Assembly (NCBI GenBank): GCA_963695555.1
Contig: CAVOGR010000007.1
Span: 32,001-96,000 of the forward strand
Length of the DNA: 64,000 bases
Origin: an uncultured Gemmatimonadales bacterium
Lineage (GTDB): Bacteria; Gemmatimonadota; Gemmatimonadetes; Gemmatimonadales; GWC2-71-9
Direction: 5' to 3'
Shown here: piece by piece, positions 9,591 to 21,000 of the stretch
How the letters are laid out: every line of letters begins with the position of its first letter
How positions within the stretch are numbered: the first letter of the stretch is position 1
Notes under the pieces: model-generated
What the model was told of the DNA's origin: nothing
Database searches by the model: none
The model's input: only the letters and a program-made list of their open reading frames with translations
Translations under genes and position numbers: made by a program

Positions 9591-10573
9591 TACGCCCGAT
9601 CCTGCTGGGCCTAGCACTCTGCCTGCCGCTCGCCACGCTGCCCGCGCAGACGCACCTCGTGGTCGTCACAGGACTCGGCGGTGAAGCACGGTATCGCGAC
9701 ACCTTCCACGCGTGGGCGCTGGAATTGATCGACGCCACCACCGGCCGCTACGGGGTGCCGGTCGACAACGTCATCTACCTCGGTGAGTCAGCCAATCGGG
9801 ACACGACGCGCATCGCGGCCCGCTCCACCATGGAGAACATTGAGCGAGCCCTCACGGACCTGGCGGGACGCGCCGAACCCAACGCGCAGGTGATTGTGGT
9901 ACTCATTGGCCATGGGAGTGCGCGCGACGGCGAGCCCAAACTCAATTTGCCCGGCCCCGACCTGACGGCCGTGCAGCTCGCGCGGCTGCTCGACGCATTC
10001 CCCACGCAGACGATCGTCGTAGCCAATTTCGCAAGCGCCAGCGGAGGCTTCATCCCCGCCCTGTCCGGGCCGCGACGGGTCATCATTACCGCCACCAAGA
10101 GCGGAACGGAACGAAATCAGGCCCGCTTCGGCAAGTTCTTTGTAGCCGCGTTTGCCGGGGGGCAAGCGGATGTCGATCACGATGGAATCGTCTCCGTGCT
10201 CGAAGCATTCACCTACGCACGACGAGAAGTGGCTCGTACCTACAGCCAAGAAGGCACCCTGCTCACGGAGCATGCCCTGCTCGACGATAACGGGGACAAG
10301 ACCGGGAGCTACGAGCCCGATCCTACGACGACCGACGGTGCACTCGCCCGGACCATCACCCTCGGATACAGCGCAGCGGGTCCCATCGCGCGCGATCCGG
10401 AGCTCGCGGCCCTGTACGAGGAGAAGCGGATCCTCGAACAAGCCATCGCCGCATTGCAGCGGGACAAGAATCGGCTGGAACCCGCAGTCTACGAGCAACG
10501 ACTGGAGGCGATCCTGCTCGACCTCGCCGCAACCAACAAGACCATCCGCGACCGGGAGGACGGCACACCATGA
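9587..10573 (+). CDS. Exported caspase/peptidase C13-like fold protein with C-terminal coiled coil
   Basis: Signal peptide, VLIGHG motif, ASASG where clan CD enzymes have the catalytic Cys, DVDHDG loop; ATG overlaps the previous stop (ATGA). Confidence 0.65.
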   Translation: MIRPILLGLALCLPLATLPAQTHLVVVTGLGGEARYRDTFHAWALELIDATTGRYGVPVDNVIYLGESANRDTTRIAARSTMENIERALTDLAGRAEPNAQVIVVLIGHGSARDGEPKLNLPGPDLTAVQLARLLDAFPTQTIVVANFASASGGFIPALSGPRRVIITATKSGTERNQARFGKFFVAAFAGGQADVDHDGIVSVLEAFTYARREVARTYSQEGTLLTEHALLDDNGDKTGSYEPDPTTTDGALARTITLGYSAAGPIARDPELAALYEEKRILEQAIAALQRDKNRLEPAVYEQRLEAILLDLAATNKTIRDREDGTP

Positions 10574-13221
10574 TCCGACGGGCCCGACCGATCACGGGAG
10601 TGGTGCTCGGACTCGCCGTGTCTGCCTGCGGGTCGCGCGGTCACGCGCAGGCAACGCTGGCGCAGGCCGATTCGCTGGCCAGAGCGGGGGAATATCGGAC
10701 GGCCATCGAGGCCTACCGCGGACTGAGCCGCCGCGAGCCATCCTGGCAGACGACTCGCATGCTCGCCAGCAGCCTGCAGGCAATCGGTGACTACGTCGAC
10801 GCGGAACAGACGCTCCGCTCGGCCATCGAAGATTCGGTACCTGACGCCCACCAGCTTTGGAATACGCTCGGCGAGGTACTCACTCGCCAGGGACGGGACG
10901 TGGAGGCTCGCGAGGTGTTCGAGCGCGGCATCGCGAGCGGCGCGGCCGATCGGCTCTCGGCCGAGCTCAACCTTGCAGTCGCGAGCTTCGACCGCGGCGA
11001 ACTCGACGCGGCGACGCGGCAATTCGACCGGTTCATCGACATGTACAATCGCGGAGCGGCACGGACGGCAGCCGACTTCAGGGCCGTTGCGCGAGCCGTC
11101 CGCTACCTCGGACGCACCGACCCACAACTCTACAAGGACGCGCTCCGGGCATACGACGAGGCCGTCGCCTTGGATCCGCAGGATCTCGACATCCAAGTCG
11201 AGATCGGCAACCTGTTTCTCGAGAAGTACCGGAGCGACGAAGCCACGACGACCTTCACTGCCATCCTCGAGCACAATCCCAATCACGCCGACGCTATTCT
11301 CGGCCTGGCTCGCGTGAAACACTTCGACGGTTCGAGCGAGGCCTTCGCCCTGGTGCAGCGGAGCCTCGGGATCAACCCCAATCTGGTTGGTGCCCGCGTA
11401 TTTCTCGCTCGTCTCTACATCGACCTGGAGGATTTCGCCTCGGCGGCGTCCGAGGCCGAACGGGCGCTGGCCGTCAATCCGCGAGCGGTCGACGCCTTGG
11501 CAATGTCGGCGGCAGCTCGTTACCTGGCCAATGACTCCACCGGCTTCGCTCAGGCTCGTGACAGTGCCCTCGGAATCGATCCGCGTAACACGGCATTCTT
11601 CAGCACCCTGGCCGAGCTCGCGGCCCGGAACCGCCTCTACCAGCAGGCGGTCGATTTTGCGGGACAAGCGGTGCAACTGGACTCGCTGGCCTGGCGGGGA
11701 TACGCCCTCCGAGGCCTGAACCGCCTTCGGACCGGGGCCATCGCCGAGGGCCGGCATGATTTGGAAACGGGCTTTGCCGGAGACCCGTATGACCTGTGGA
11801 CCAAGAACACGCTCGACCTGCTCGATGTCGTCGGGCAATACGTCGAAATCCGCTCACCCCGGTTTCAGCTGGTGCTCGATCCCAAGGAGGCGGAAGTGGT
11901 TCGGCTCTATCTCGAGCCGCTAGCCGAGGAAGCGTATGACCGCCTCGCGGCGCGCTACGGGGTCAGGCCGCCCGCGCCGATCCGGGTGGAGGTGTATCCC
12001 CGGCACGCCGACTTCTCGGTCCGGACGATCGGACTTGCCGGGCTCGGCGCTTTGGGGGTGAGCTTCGGTCCCGTCATCGCGATGGATGCGCCCTCGGCGC
12101 GCCCGCCCGGCGACTTTCACTGGGGTGCGACGTTCTGGCATGAGTTGGCCCACACGTTTCACATGACGGCCAGCAGGCATCGCGTCCCGCGATGGTTCAC
12201 CGAGGGCTTGGCGGTGCTGGAGGAGCGTCGAGCGCGCCCCGGGTGGGGCGACGACGTGACGCCCGGGTTTCTCCTCGCGTTTCGCGAGGGACAGCTGGCG
12301 CCGGTGAGCAACCTCAATCAGGGCTTCATGCGGCCCGCGTACCCGGAACAGGTGATCTACTCCTACTACCAGTCGTCGCTGGTATTCGAGTTGATCGAAC
12401 AGGAATACGGCTTCGAGGCCATCCGGCACATGCTCGCGGCCTATCGCGACGGTGCACAAACCCCGGATGTGTTTCGCACCGTACTCCGTGTCGAACCCGC
12501 CACCTTCGATCAGACGTTCACGTCTTTTCTCGAAACGCGTTTTGCAGCGGCGCTTGCCGCCCTGCGTCACGGAACCGGTGACCACAGAGCCCCAGGGCGG
12601 GACGTGATCGGCCGCCGGGCTTCCGCGGACACGACCGACTTCGCCGTACAGTTGGGGCTCGGAAAGGCACTCTTCTCGGAAGGTCGGCTGGAGGAGGCGC
12701 TGGTCCCACTCCGCCGGGCCAAGGCGCTCTTTCCGGAGTATCTCGGCAGCGACAGCCCTCGGTGGCTACTTGGCCAGGTCTACCAGGCTCGAGGGCAGCT
12801 CGATCAAGCCGCGGCGGAACTCACCGACCTCACCGCTCGTAATGCCAAGCACTACCCTGCGCTCCAGGCACTGGCAGAGATCGAAGCGGAGCGTGGCAAT
12901 CCGGACCGTGCCGCCCGTGCCCTCGAATCGCTCATGTTCGTATACCCGTACGACATCGCACAGCACCGGAACCTAGCCGGCTATGCGCGTGCCCTAGGTG
13001 AGGAGGCTACCGAATTGCGCGAGCGGCGCGCCGTGCTGGCTCTCGACCCGGTGGATCGGCCGCAAGCGCTCTACGAACTGGCGCGGGCCTACCGGGATGC
13101 GGGCGATCGGAGAGCAGCGCGCCGCACGGTGCTCGAGGCCTTGGAGCAGGCACCCAACTACCAGGATGCACTCGACTTGTTGCTCGAGTTGCAGGCCACG
13201 CGCGGCCAAGGCACGGAGTAA
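10570..13221 (+). CDS. TPR-repeat lipoprotein with central zinc metallopeptidase (MA-like) domain
   Basis: Lipobox SAC, many TPR-like helices, HELAH...VPRWFTEGLA gluzincin signature. Confidence 0.85.
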   Translation: MIRRARPITGVVLGLAVSACGSRGHAQATLAQADSLARAGEYRTAIEAYRGLSRREPSWQTTRMLASSLQAIGDYVDAEQTLRSAIEDSVPDAHQLWNTLGEVLTRQGRDVEAREVFERGIASGAADRLSAELNLAVASFDRGELDAATRQFDRFIDMYNRGAARTAADFRAVARAVRYLGRTDPQLYKDALRAYDEAVALDPQDLDIQVEIGNLFLEKYRSDEATTTFTAILEHNPNHADAILGLARVKHFDGSSEAFALVQRSLGINPNLVGARVFLARLYIDLEDFASAASEAERALAVNPRAVDALAMSAAARYLANDSTGFAQARDSALGIDPRNTAFFSTLAELAARNRLYQQAVDFAGQAVQLDSLAWRGYALRGLNRLRTGAIAEGRHDLETGFAGDPYDLWTKNTLDLLDVVGQYVEIRSPRFQLVLDPKEAEVVRLYLEPLAEEAYDRLAARYGVRPPAPIRVEVYPRHADFSVRTIGLAGLGALGVSFGPVIAMDAPSARPPGDFHWGATFWHELAHTFHMTASRHRVPRWFTEGLAVLEERRARPGWGDDVTPGFLLAFREGQLAPVSNLNQGFMRPAYPEQVIYSYYQSSLVFELIEQEYGFEAIRHMLAAYRDGAQTPDVFRTVLRVEPATFDQTFTSFLETRFAAALAALRHGTGDHRAPGRDVIGRRASADTTDFAVQLGLGKALFSEGRLEEALVPLRRAKALFPEYLGSDSPRWLLGQVYQARGQLDQAAAELTDLTARNAKHYPALQALAEIEAERGNPDRAARALESLMFVYPYDIAQHRNLAGYARALGEEATELRERRAVLALDPVDRPQALYELARAYRDAGDRRAARRTVLEALEQAPNYQDALDLLLELQATRGQGTE

Positions 13222-13226
13222 ACCGG

Positions 13227-14018
13227 ATGAAGATTCGATTTCTTGTGTTGGTGTCGGCGGCCGTCGCGCTCGCTGCGCTGCCTGCCACCGCCCAACGCCG
13301 CGCTCCCGGTACCGACCGGACGGACCGGTTCAATGTCGGCTATGACGGACGATACACGTTCGTGCGCTTGGCCTACACTCCGATCACCAGCCGTCAGCGC
13401 GGCGGGGGCGGGTTCTTCGGCGGAGCGGACTACCAGTGGAATCACGATTGGCCCCGCGCCGATCGGAACTTCTCCAAGATCCTCGGCGAGCTGACCGCAG
13501 TCGAGGCGCGGCTCGACGGCGGCAATGTGCTGTCGGTCGGCGATCCCGAGATCTTCAAGTACCCGGTGGCATACTTGGTCGAACCAGGGTACATGACGTT
13601 GACCGACGAGGAGGCGGACAATCTTCGCAATTACCTGCTCAAGGGCGGCTTCCTCATCGTCGATGATTTTGCCGATAATTTTTCACAGGGGCCGGAGTGG
13701 GGCAACTTCACCCAGTACATGCGCATGGTGTTGCCCGAGGGCCGCTTCATCAAGCTCGCGCCGGATCACCCGCTGTTCACTTCGTTCTTCACGATCGAGT
13801 CGCTCGACTTCTATCACCCGTACCGCGGGGTTCCTTCCCAGTTTTTCGGCCTGTTCGAGGATAACGACCCCACGAAACGCCTGCTGGTAATCGCGAATTA
13901 CAACAACGACATCGGTGAAGCGTGGGAATACTCGGAAACCGGGTTCTTCCCGGTGGACATTACCAACACCGCGTACAAGCTCGGAGTAAACTACGTCATG
14001 TACGCCATGACGCACTGA
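13227..14018 (+). CDS. DUF4159 domain exported protein
   Basis: Signal peptide; FVRLAY...WNHDWPRAD...LRNYLLKGGFLIVDDF...YKLGVNYVMYAMTH. Confidence 0.88.
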   Translation: MKIRFLVLVSAAVALAALPATAQRRAPGTDRTDRFNVGYDGRYTFVRLAYTPITSRQRGGGGFFGGADYQWNHDWPRADRNFSKILGELTAVEARLDGGNVLSVGDPEIFKYPVAYLVEPGYMTLTDEEADNLRNYLLKGGFLIVDDFADNFSQGPEWGNFTQYMRMVLPEGRFIKLAPDHPLFTSFFTIESLDFYHPYRGVPSQFFGLFEDNDPTKRLLVIANYNNDIGEAWEYSETGFFPVDITNTAYKLGVNYVMYAMTH

Positions 14019-14040
14019 CGCCTTTTATCCAGGAAGCCCC

Positions 14041-15075
14041 ATGACGACCCAGATCGAGTCGGCCGCTCACGATACCGTTGACGACTTGGCGCTGGCCCGG
14101 CAGCTCAAGGCCGGCCGCGACAAGATCTTCACCGAGCTCCGGAAGCTCATCGTCGGGCAGGAGGCCGTCATCGAACAAGTGCTGCTGACCTTATTGGCCG
14201 GGGGCAACAGTCTCATCGTGGGGGTCCCAGGGTTGGCCAAGACGCTGCTCATCCAAACGATTGCCCGCGTGCTCGATCTCAAGTTCTCACGGATTCAGTT
14301 CACCCCGGACCTCATGCCGTCCGACATCATCGGAACGGATTTGGTACAAGAAAATCCTGAGAGCGGTGAGCGGCGCATGGTGTTCATGCCTGGCCCGATC
14401 TTCAGCAACATCATCCTGGCCGACGAGATCAACCGCACGCCGCCTAAAACGCAGGCTGCGCTGCTCGAGGCCATGCAGGAACACCGGGTGACCGTCCAGG
14501 GCCGCACCTATACGCTGGATGAGCCTTTCTTCGTGTTCGCAACGCAAAACCCGATCGAGCTGGAGGGTACCTATCCGCTTCCGGAGGCCCAGCTCGACCG
14601 GTTCATGTTCCACATTACCATGGATCACCTGCCGGAGCGGGAGGAGATGGACGTGGTGCGAAGCACCACGGCGATTCAAGACCCGCAGTTCGAGCATGCT
14701 GTCGACGGGCCGGCACTGGTTGCCTTCCAGCGGTTGGTCCGCCAGGTGCCGGTGTCCGACCCGGTGCTCCAGTATGCGGTGTCACTCGTTCGACATACCC
14801 GGCCCAAGGACCCCCGTGCCCCCGAGGCGATCCGGCAGTGCGTGTCATACGGGGCCAGTGTCCGGGCGGCTCAGTACCTCGTCTTGGGTGGGAAGGCCCG
14901 CGCGCTCACCCAGGGTCGGCTCCACGTCACGTTCGATGATGTGAAAGCGCTGGCGCACCCGGTGCTCCGCCATCGGGTCCTCACCAACTTCTACGCGGAA
15001 TCGGAGCGCATCACCTCGGACGATCTCATCGATCAGCTGTTGGAGACGGTGGCACCGCCGTCGTCGGGCCTGTGA
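14041..15075 (+). CDS. moxR: MoxR family AAA+ ATPase
   Basis: GVPGLAKT Walker A, RIQFTPDLMPSDI, LADEINR, ATQNPIELEGTYPLPEAQLDRF. Confidence 0.96.
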   Translation: MTTQIESAAHDTVDDLALARQLKAGRDKIFTELRKLIVGQEAVIEQVLLTLLAGGNSLIVGVPGLAKTLLIQTIARVLDLKFSRIQFTPDLMPSDIIGTDLVQENPESGERRMVFMPGPIFSNIILADEINRTPPKTQAALLEAMQEHRVTVQGRTYTLDEPFFVFATQNPIELEGTYPLPEAQLDRFMFHITMDHLPEREEMDVVRSTTAIQDPQFEHAVDGPALVAFQRLVRQVPVSDPVLQYAVSLVRHTRPKDPRAPEAIRQCVSYGASVRAAQYLVLGGKARALTQGRLHVTFDDVKALAHPVLRHRVLTNFYAESERITSDDLIDQLLETVAPPSSGL

Positions 15076-15962
15076 CAACTCGTTTTCTCGACCCCAAGGT
15101 CTTGGCGCGCATCGACCGGCTCGATCTCCTGGCCCGGACGGTGGTGGATGGTTTCGTCGCCGGCCTGCATCAGTCGCCCCACCTCGGGGTCTCGGTCGAC
15201 TTCGCTGAGCACCGGGCGTACATGCCGGGTGATGATATTCGCCGCATCGATTGGCGAGTGTACGGACGGACGGATCGCCTCTATGTCAAGGAATTCGAGG
15301 CGGAAACCAATGCCAACATCAGCATTCTCATCGACATCTCCGCGTCGATGGACTATGCGAGCCAGGAAATCTCGAAGCTGGATTACGCCCGCTACCTGGC
15401 CGCAAGCCTGGCCTATTTCTCCTTTCACCAACGCGACCGGGTGGGACTGGTCACCTTCGATCAGGATGTGGTGACCCAGGTACCGCCGACCGGCCGACGG
15501 CTGGACACGATCCTCCATTCGATCGATCGCATCACGCCGGGCGGCCGGGGCCAGCTCGACCTCCCGCTTCGCCGCATCGCCGAGAGCATTCGCCGCCGAA
15601 GCATTCTCGTGTTGATTTCGGATCTGTACGAGCCGCCGCAGGAAATTCTGACGGCGATCAACCGACTTCGGCGGCGGGGCAACGATCTCATCGTATTCCA
15701 TCTGCTCGACCCCGCTGAGGTCGAGTTCACCTTCGACGAGGCGACCCAATTCGAGGACCTGGAGACCGGTGAGCGGATTCCCGTGGTGCCGGCACGGGTC
15801 CGTGCCGGATATCGCGGTCTGATGCAGGAGCACGTGGCCGAGCTCACTAAACGAATGGGCCAGAACCGCATCGACTACTATCTGATCGAAACCGCGAAGC
15901 CGCTCGACCACGCCCTGTTCCATTACCTCAGCCGGCGGCACCGCATGTCGCGAGTCCGCTGA
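15072..15962 (+). CDS. DUF58 domain (VWA-like) protein
   Basis: FAEHRAYMPGDDIRRIDW...LYVKEFE...DISASM...LISD. Confidence 0.93.
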   Translation: MTTRFLDPKVLARIDRLDLLARTVVDGFVAGLHQSPHLGVSVDFAEHRAYMPGDDIRRIDWRVYGRTDRLYVKEFEAETNANISILIDISASMDYASQEISKLDYARYLAASLAYFSFHQRDRVGLVTFDQDVVTQVPPTGRRLDTILHSIDRITPGGRGQLDLPLRRIAESIRRRSILVLISDLYEPPQEILTAINRLRRRGNDLIVFHLLDPAEVEFTFDEATQFEDLETGERIPVVPARVRAGYRGLMQEHVAELTKRMGQNRIDYYLIETAKPLDHALFHYLSRRHRMSRVR

Positions 15963-18073
15963 TGGGCCTGTCGTTTCTGGCTCCCGCCTTCCTTGCCGCT
16001 TTAGCCGCCTTGGCGGTTCCGGTCCTGGTGCATTTGACGCACCGGAGCCGGAAGGAGGTCGTCCGGTTTCCCTCGCTGCGCTTTCTCGATCAGGTACCCT
16101 ACCGAGCAGTCCGCCGGCAGCGCATTCGGCACTGGGCACTGTTCGCCGCGCGGTGCCTGGCGCTGGTACTCCTGGCCCTCGCGTTCGCTCGCCCGCTGCT
16201 GGACCGCCTGCGCGGCATGGGCTCGGCAGATGCGGGAAGCACCGAGCACGTGATCCTGCTCGATCGGTCGTACAGCATGGGCTACGGCAACCATTGGCAA
16301 CGGGCGCTCGATGCCGCGCGCGATGTTCTGGATGCGCTGGGCCCCGGCGATAAGGTCTCCCTCGTGACCTTTGCCGACGAGGCGAGCCTCGTCGCCGAGG
16401 CATCCTTCGATCCGGCCGCGCTCCGCACCACCCTCGGCGGTCTCACGCCCGGCCCTGGGCGCACCCGATTCGCACCGGCACTCCAGGTCGCGCGGCAGCT
16501 GCTCGACCGATCCGAGCTGGCGGACCGTGAGGTCGTGATGATCAGCGACTTCCAGAACCAAGGGTGGGAACGCTCAGCCGATGTCGGCCTGCCGCGCAGC
16601 ACCCGCTTTCGCACAGTCGATTTGTCGGTGGCAGAACCGGTCAACGTGTTGGTATCGGACGCACAAATTCAACGCGGTGAACGGGGCGGGCGCGAGGAGG
16701 TCTATGTCTTGGCCCGAGTGGTCAATCAGGGCGAGGCCCCCGTGAGAGGTCTCGCGGTAGAACTCGAGGTAGATGCCGCAGCAGTGGATCGCAAACTGGT
16801 CGACGTCGGGGCACGAGGCGCCGCGACGGTTCGATTCGGGCCGATTGCCCAGCCGTCGGCCACCGCCCGCGCGACGGTTAGGACAGCGCGCGATTCGCTG
16901 ACGCTGGACAATGCCTTTCACTTCGTGCTCCCTCCTCGCCCGACTGTGTCGATCCTGATCGTGGAGGCGGCCACCGGCGGCCGCGGCACCCTCTACCTCC
17001 GACAGGCGCTCCGTATCAGCCACGAACCGGCCTTTCTCGTGGAGTCGCGCCGGGTCGACCGGCTCCGGCCCGAGGATTTGGCCGACCGAGCGGTCGTAGT
17101 GCTCAACGATTGCCCGTTCCCGGGGGGCCAGGCCGGACGGGACCTGATCGAATTCGTGCGCGACGGCGGAGGGCTGTTGACCGTCCTCGGCAGTAAGAGC
17201 ACCCTGAGCGGCTGGCCGGCCGACGCGCGCGCACTTCTCCCCGGCACGTGGGGAGCGCCGATCGACCAGCTCCCGATGCGCGGCGTCGCACTCGGGAGCA
17301 TCGACTACGCGCATCCGGTATTTGCCGCCTTCAGCAGCCCGGAGCATGGAGACCTGTCCTTGCCCCGGTTCTATCGCTATCGGCCGCTCCAGATGGACTC
17401 CACGGCCACCGTGGTGGCGCGGTTTTCCGACGGCGGCGTGGCGCTCGCGGAGCGCACCATCGGCCAGGGAAAGTCGCTCATGTGGACCTCGGCGCTCGAC
17501 AACGCATGGAGCGATTTGCCGATCCAACCGGTCTATCTGCCCGTCGTGCACGAGATGGCCCGCCACCTCGCCGGCCGCCGGACGGACCCTCCCTTCTATG
17601 CCTCGGGTCAGATTCTCGATCTGTCCCACTACGTCGACCGTCTCACCGGCACGCGGGGAGCAACGCTAGACGAAGTCGTTGTGGAAACCCCGGGGGGAAC
17701 GAGCGTCTCCAAGACCACGGCCGGTGAGAACCGGTTTCTGCCCTTGGATGAGGCGGGTTTCTACGCACTGCGGCCAGCCGGGAGGCGCATCGCCGTGTAT
17801 CCGGTGGCGGTCAATGCCGATCGCACGGAATCAGACCTCAGCCCGCTCGATCCGGAAGAGTTCAGCGCGGCGGTGACCGCGGATACCGGGCCTGGAGAGC
17901 TCGAACCCAGTCAGGCGGCCAGCCTGACGCCGGCGGAACGCGAGCGGCGTCAATCGCTCTGGTGGTACTTATTGGCCGCGGGGCTGCTGGTGCTCGGAGC
18001 TGAATCGATCGCCGCAAACCGATTACCCTTCGTGGCGAGACCCGAAAGCGCCCAGGAGGCATCTGGTGGCTAG
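15962..18073 (+). CDS. BatA N-terminal/VWA domain membrane protein
   Basis: FLAPAFL...PVLVHL...FPSLRFL...LAFARP; MIDAS DRSYSM; ISD; C-terminal TM LWWYLL. Confidence 0.9.
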   Translation: MGLSFLAPAFLAALAALAVPVLVHLTHRSRKEVVRFPSLRFLDQVPYRAVRRQRIRHWALFAARCLALVLLALAFARPLLDRLRGMGSADAGSTEHVILLDRSYSMGYGNHWQRALDAARDVLDALGPGDKVSLVTFADEASLVAEASFDPAALRTTLGGLTPGPGRTRFAPALQVARQLLDRSELADREVVMISDFQNQGWERSADVGLPRSTRFRTVDLSVAEPVNVLVSDAQIQRGERGGREEVYVLARVVNQGEAPVRGLAVELEVDAAAVDRKLVDVGARGAATVRFGPIAQPSATARATVRTARDSLTLDNAFHFVLPPRPTVSILIVEAATGGRGTLYLRQALRISHEPAFLVESRRVDRLRPEDLADRAVVVLNDCPFPGGQAGRDLIEFVRDGGGLLTVLGSKSTLSGWPADARALLPGTWGAPIDQLPMRGVALGSIDYAHPVFAAFSSPEHGDLSLPRFYRYRPLQMDSTATVVARFSDGGVALAERTIGQGKSLMWTSALDNAWSDLPIQPVYLPVVHEMARHLAGRRTDPPFYASGQILDLSHYVDRLTGTRGATLDEVVVETPGGTSVSKTTAGENRFLPLDEAGFYALRPAGRRIAVYPVAVNADRTESDLSPLDPEEFSAAVTADTGPGELEPSQAASLTPAERERRQSLWWYLLAAGLLVLGAESIAANRLPFVARPESAQEASGG

Positions 18074-21000
18074 CTTCTCCGAGCACAAGCACATCTCCGC
18101 CCAGGAGGAACTCCTCCAGGTGGTCCGCACGGTGCGGAACCGTTGGCGCCTCAGAGTGTTTCTTCGCGGCGCAGCCATCCTGTTGCTTGTCAGCGTGGGC
18201 ATGTTGCTCCTGGCAACCTACGGCATCGATCGGTTTCGGTTCGATGACACCGCCGTTCTGATGTTTCGGATATTGCTGTACGGGGTGATTGGTGGTGTGG
18301 CCATCTGGTACGTCATTAAGCCCCAGCTCAGAGACGTGTCGGATGAGCGAGTCGCACTGTACCTCGAGGAGCACGAGCCTTCGCTCGACGGCCAGGTCCT
18401 GAGCGCGGTCGAGTTCGGCCGACCGCACGAACCCGGTGCTCCGCAGACCGGCTCCACCGTCTTGATCGAACAGGTGATCGAGTCCGCCGTCGACCGCTGC
18501 CGTGAGATCGATGATGGCAAGCGAGTCGACCGACCCGCGCTCCGTCACTCGACCGGGGTCGTGGCGGGGTCCACGGCCTTTGGTGCGCTGCTCCTCTTGC
18601 TCGGACCCGCCTTCCTCCACAATGGCGCCCCCCTCCTCCTCATGCCCTGGCGGGCACTCGGCATCAACCCGTACCGCATCGTGGTCGAGCCCGGGAGCGT
18701 GACCGTGCCGCGGGGATCGGACCTCACCGTGTCGGCTCAGTTGAGGAATTTCGACGCCGACGAGGTCGACCTCGTGGTCAAGTCCGCCGAGGCAACACAA
18801 TGGGATCGCTGGCCGATGACCCTCGAAGATTCCGCGACGGGGTATTCGGTCATGGTGTTCGACCTGTCGGAGCCACGGGAGTATTTCGTGGAGGCCAGCG
18901 GCGTCCGGTCACCGGTGTTCCGCGTCGACGTGGTCGATTTGCCGTACGTGAAGGACATCGCCGTGGAGTACCACTTCCCCGGATATACCGGACTACCGCC
19001 ACAAACCCAGGAGGGCTCCGGCGATATCATCGCCCTGAAGGGCACCCGCGCCATGCTTCACATCACGTCGACGCTCGAGGTGAACGCCGGGGTGCTCATC
19101 GTCGAACCGGGCGACACTGTCCCGTTGACGATCGAAGCGGATGGCACGCTCACCGGAGACGTAACGGTTCGGGAGGAAGGAACGTACCGGGTCTTGCTCG
19201 AGAGCGCGCAGGGCGACCTGGTGGTCGCTTCGCCTGACTATCTCATCGACCCGTTGTCCGACCAGCCACCCAGCGTGTCGTTCGCCAAGCCAGGCCGGGA
19301 CATCTCCGTGTCGAGCCTCGAAGAGGTCTCGACCGAGGTGCACGCGCAGGACGACTACGGCGTCGCAACGGTGGACCTCGTCTATGCCGTGAACGGCGGC
19401 GAGGAGCAGACGCTCTCGCTCTGGTCGGGGAAGCGATCGCTGAAGGAAGTCTCGGCGGGTCATACGTTCTTCCTGGAGGAGTTGGAGCTCGAGCCCGGCG
19501 ATTTCATCTCCTATTACGCAAAAGCATCGGACGGACGTCGTGGTGCCTCGAGGCAGGAGGCCGTCACCGACATCTACTTCATGGAGATTCGGCCCTTCGA
19601 CCAGAGCTTCCGGCAGGCCGATCAGCAGCCCGGCCAGGGCATGAGCTCGGTCGGTGGGGAGCTGTCGGAGCGGCAACGCCAGATCATCGCCGCGACCTTC
19701 CGCATCGTGCGCGACAGCCTCCGCTACAATGACAAGGAGTTCCGGGAGCACATGTCCACCGTGACGCTGTCGCAGGGGCGGCTGCGAGAAGAGGTGACCA
19801 CCTTGGTCGAGCGGATGCGTACCCGCGGCGTCGTGGGCATGGACTCGACTTTCGCCCTCGTCGCGGAGGCGCTGCCAAAGGCCGTCGAAGAAATGGAGGC
19901 CGCCGAGGCGGAGCTGGGCCAGCGGCAGCCGAAAGCGGCCCTCCCGCCCGAGCAGCGGGCCCTGCAGCAGCTGCAGCGTGCCGAGGCCGCGTATCGCGAA
20001 GTCCAGGTCGGAATTGCCCAGGGTGGCGGTGCTCCCGGGCAGGACGGGGAAATCAGCGAGGAGCTCGCGGACCTGTTCGAACTCGAGCTCGATCGCATGC
20101 GCAACCAGTACGAGCAGGTGCAACGCGGCAACCAGCAGGCAGCGGACCAGACCATCGACGACACGTTGGAGAAGCTGAAAGAGTTGGCCCGGCGGCAGCA
20201 GCAGGAAAATGAACGGCTTCGCGCTCGAGCTCAGGCCGGTCAAACACCCCCGTCCGGCGGCAGCGGCGGTGGGCAACGGCGCCTGGCGGATGAAGTGGAG
20301 CAAGAGGCTCGCCGGCTCGAGCAGCTGGCCCGTGAGCAATCGATGCCAGACCTCGCGGAAACTGCCCGAGGGTTGCGTGAGGCCGCCGAGGCCATGCGAC
20401 GGGCCGCCTCCGCACGGGGTTCCAACGGAGCGGCACAGGGATCGTCCGCCCTCGAGGAGCTCAGAGAGGCGCGGCGTCGGCTCGAGCGGACCCGTGAGGG
20501 GCGCCTTACCAGGGACATCGAGGATGCCCGCCAACGTGCCGAACGGCTGCTGGAGCAGGAGCGGCGGATGATGCAGGAACTCGAGCGGCTCGACCCCACC
20601 AATCCTGGTGCAGGCGAGCGACTCCGGCAAATGGTCGACCGCAAGGGCGCGATGGCAGCGGAGCTGGGCGACCTGGAGGAACAACTCGACCAGGCGGCAC
20701 GCGATGCACGTCGCGACCAAACCGAAGCGTCACGCCGCCTCGGTGAAGCCGCGGGATCGATCCGCGACAACCAGCTCAAGGAGAAGCTGTTGTACTCTCG
20801 CGGCGTCATCCAGGGTCGATCCCAGGACTACGCTCGCAACTTCGAAGAACAAATCCGAGCGGACTTGGAAGACCTCCGCGACAAGATCGACGAGGCGGCC
20901 GGCGCCCTCGGCCCCTCACGCGAGCGGAACATGGAGGAGGCCCTCGACCGTGCCCGCGCCGCCGTGACCGGGCTCAAGTCCCTGGGTGAACGCATGGAAC

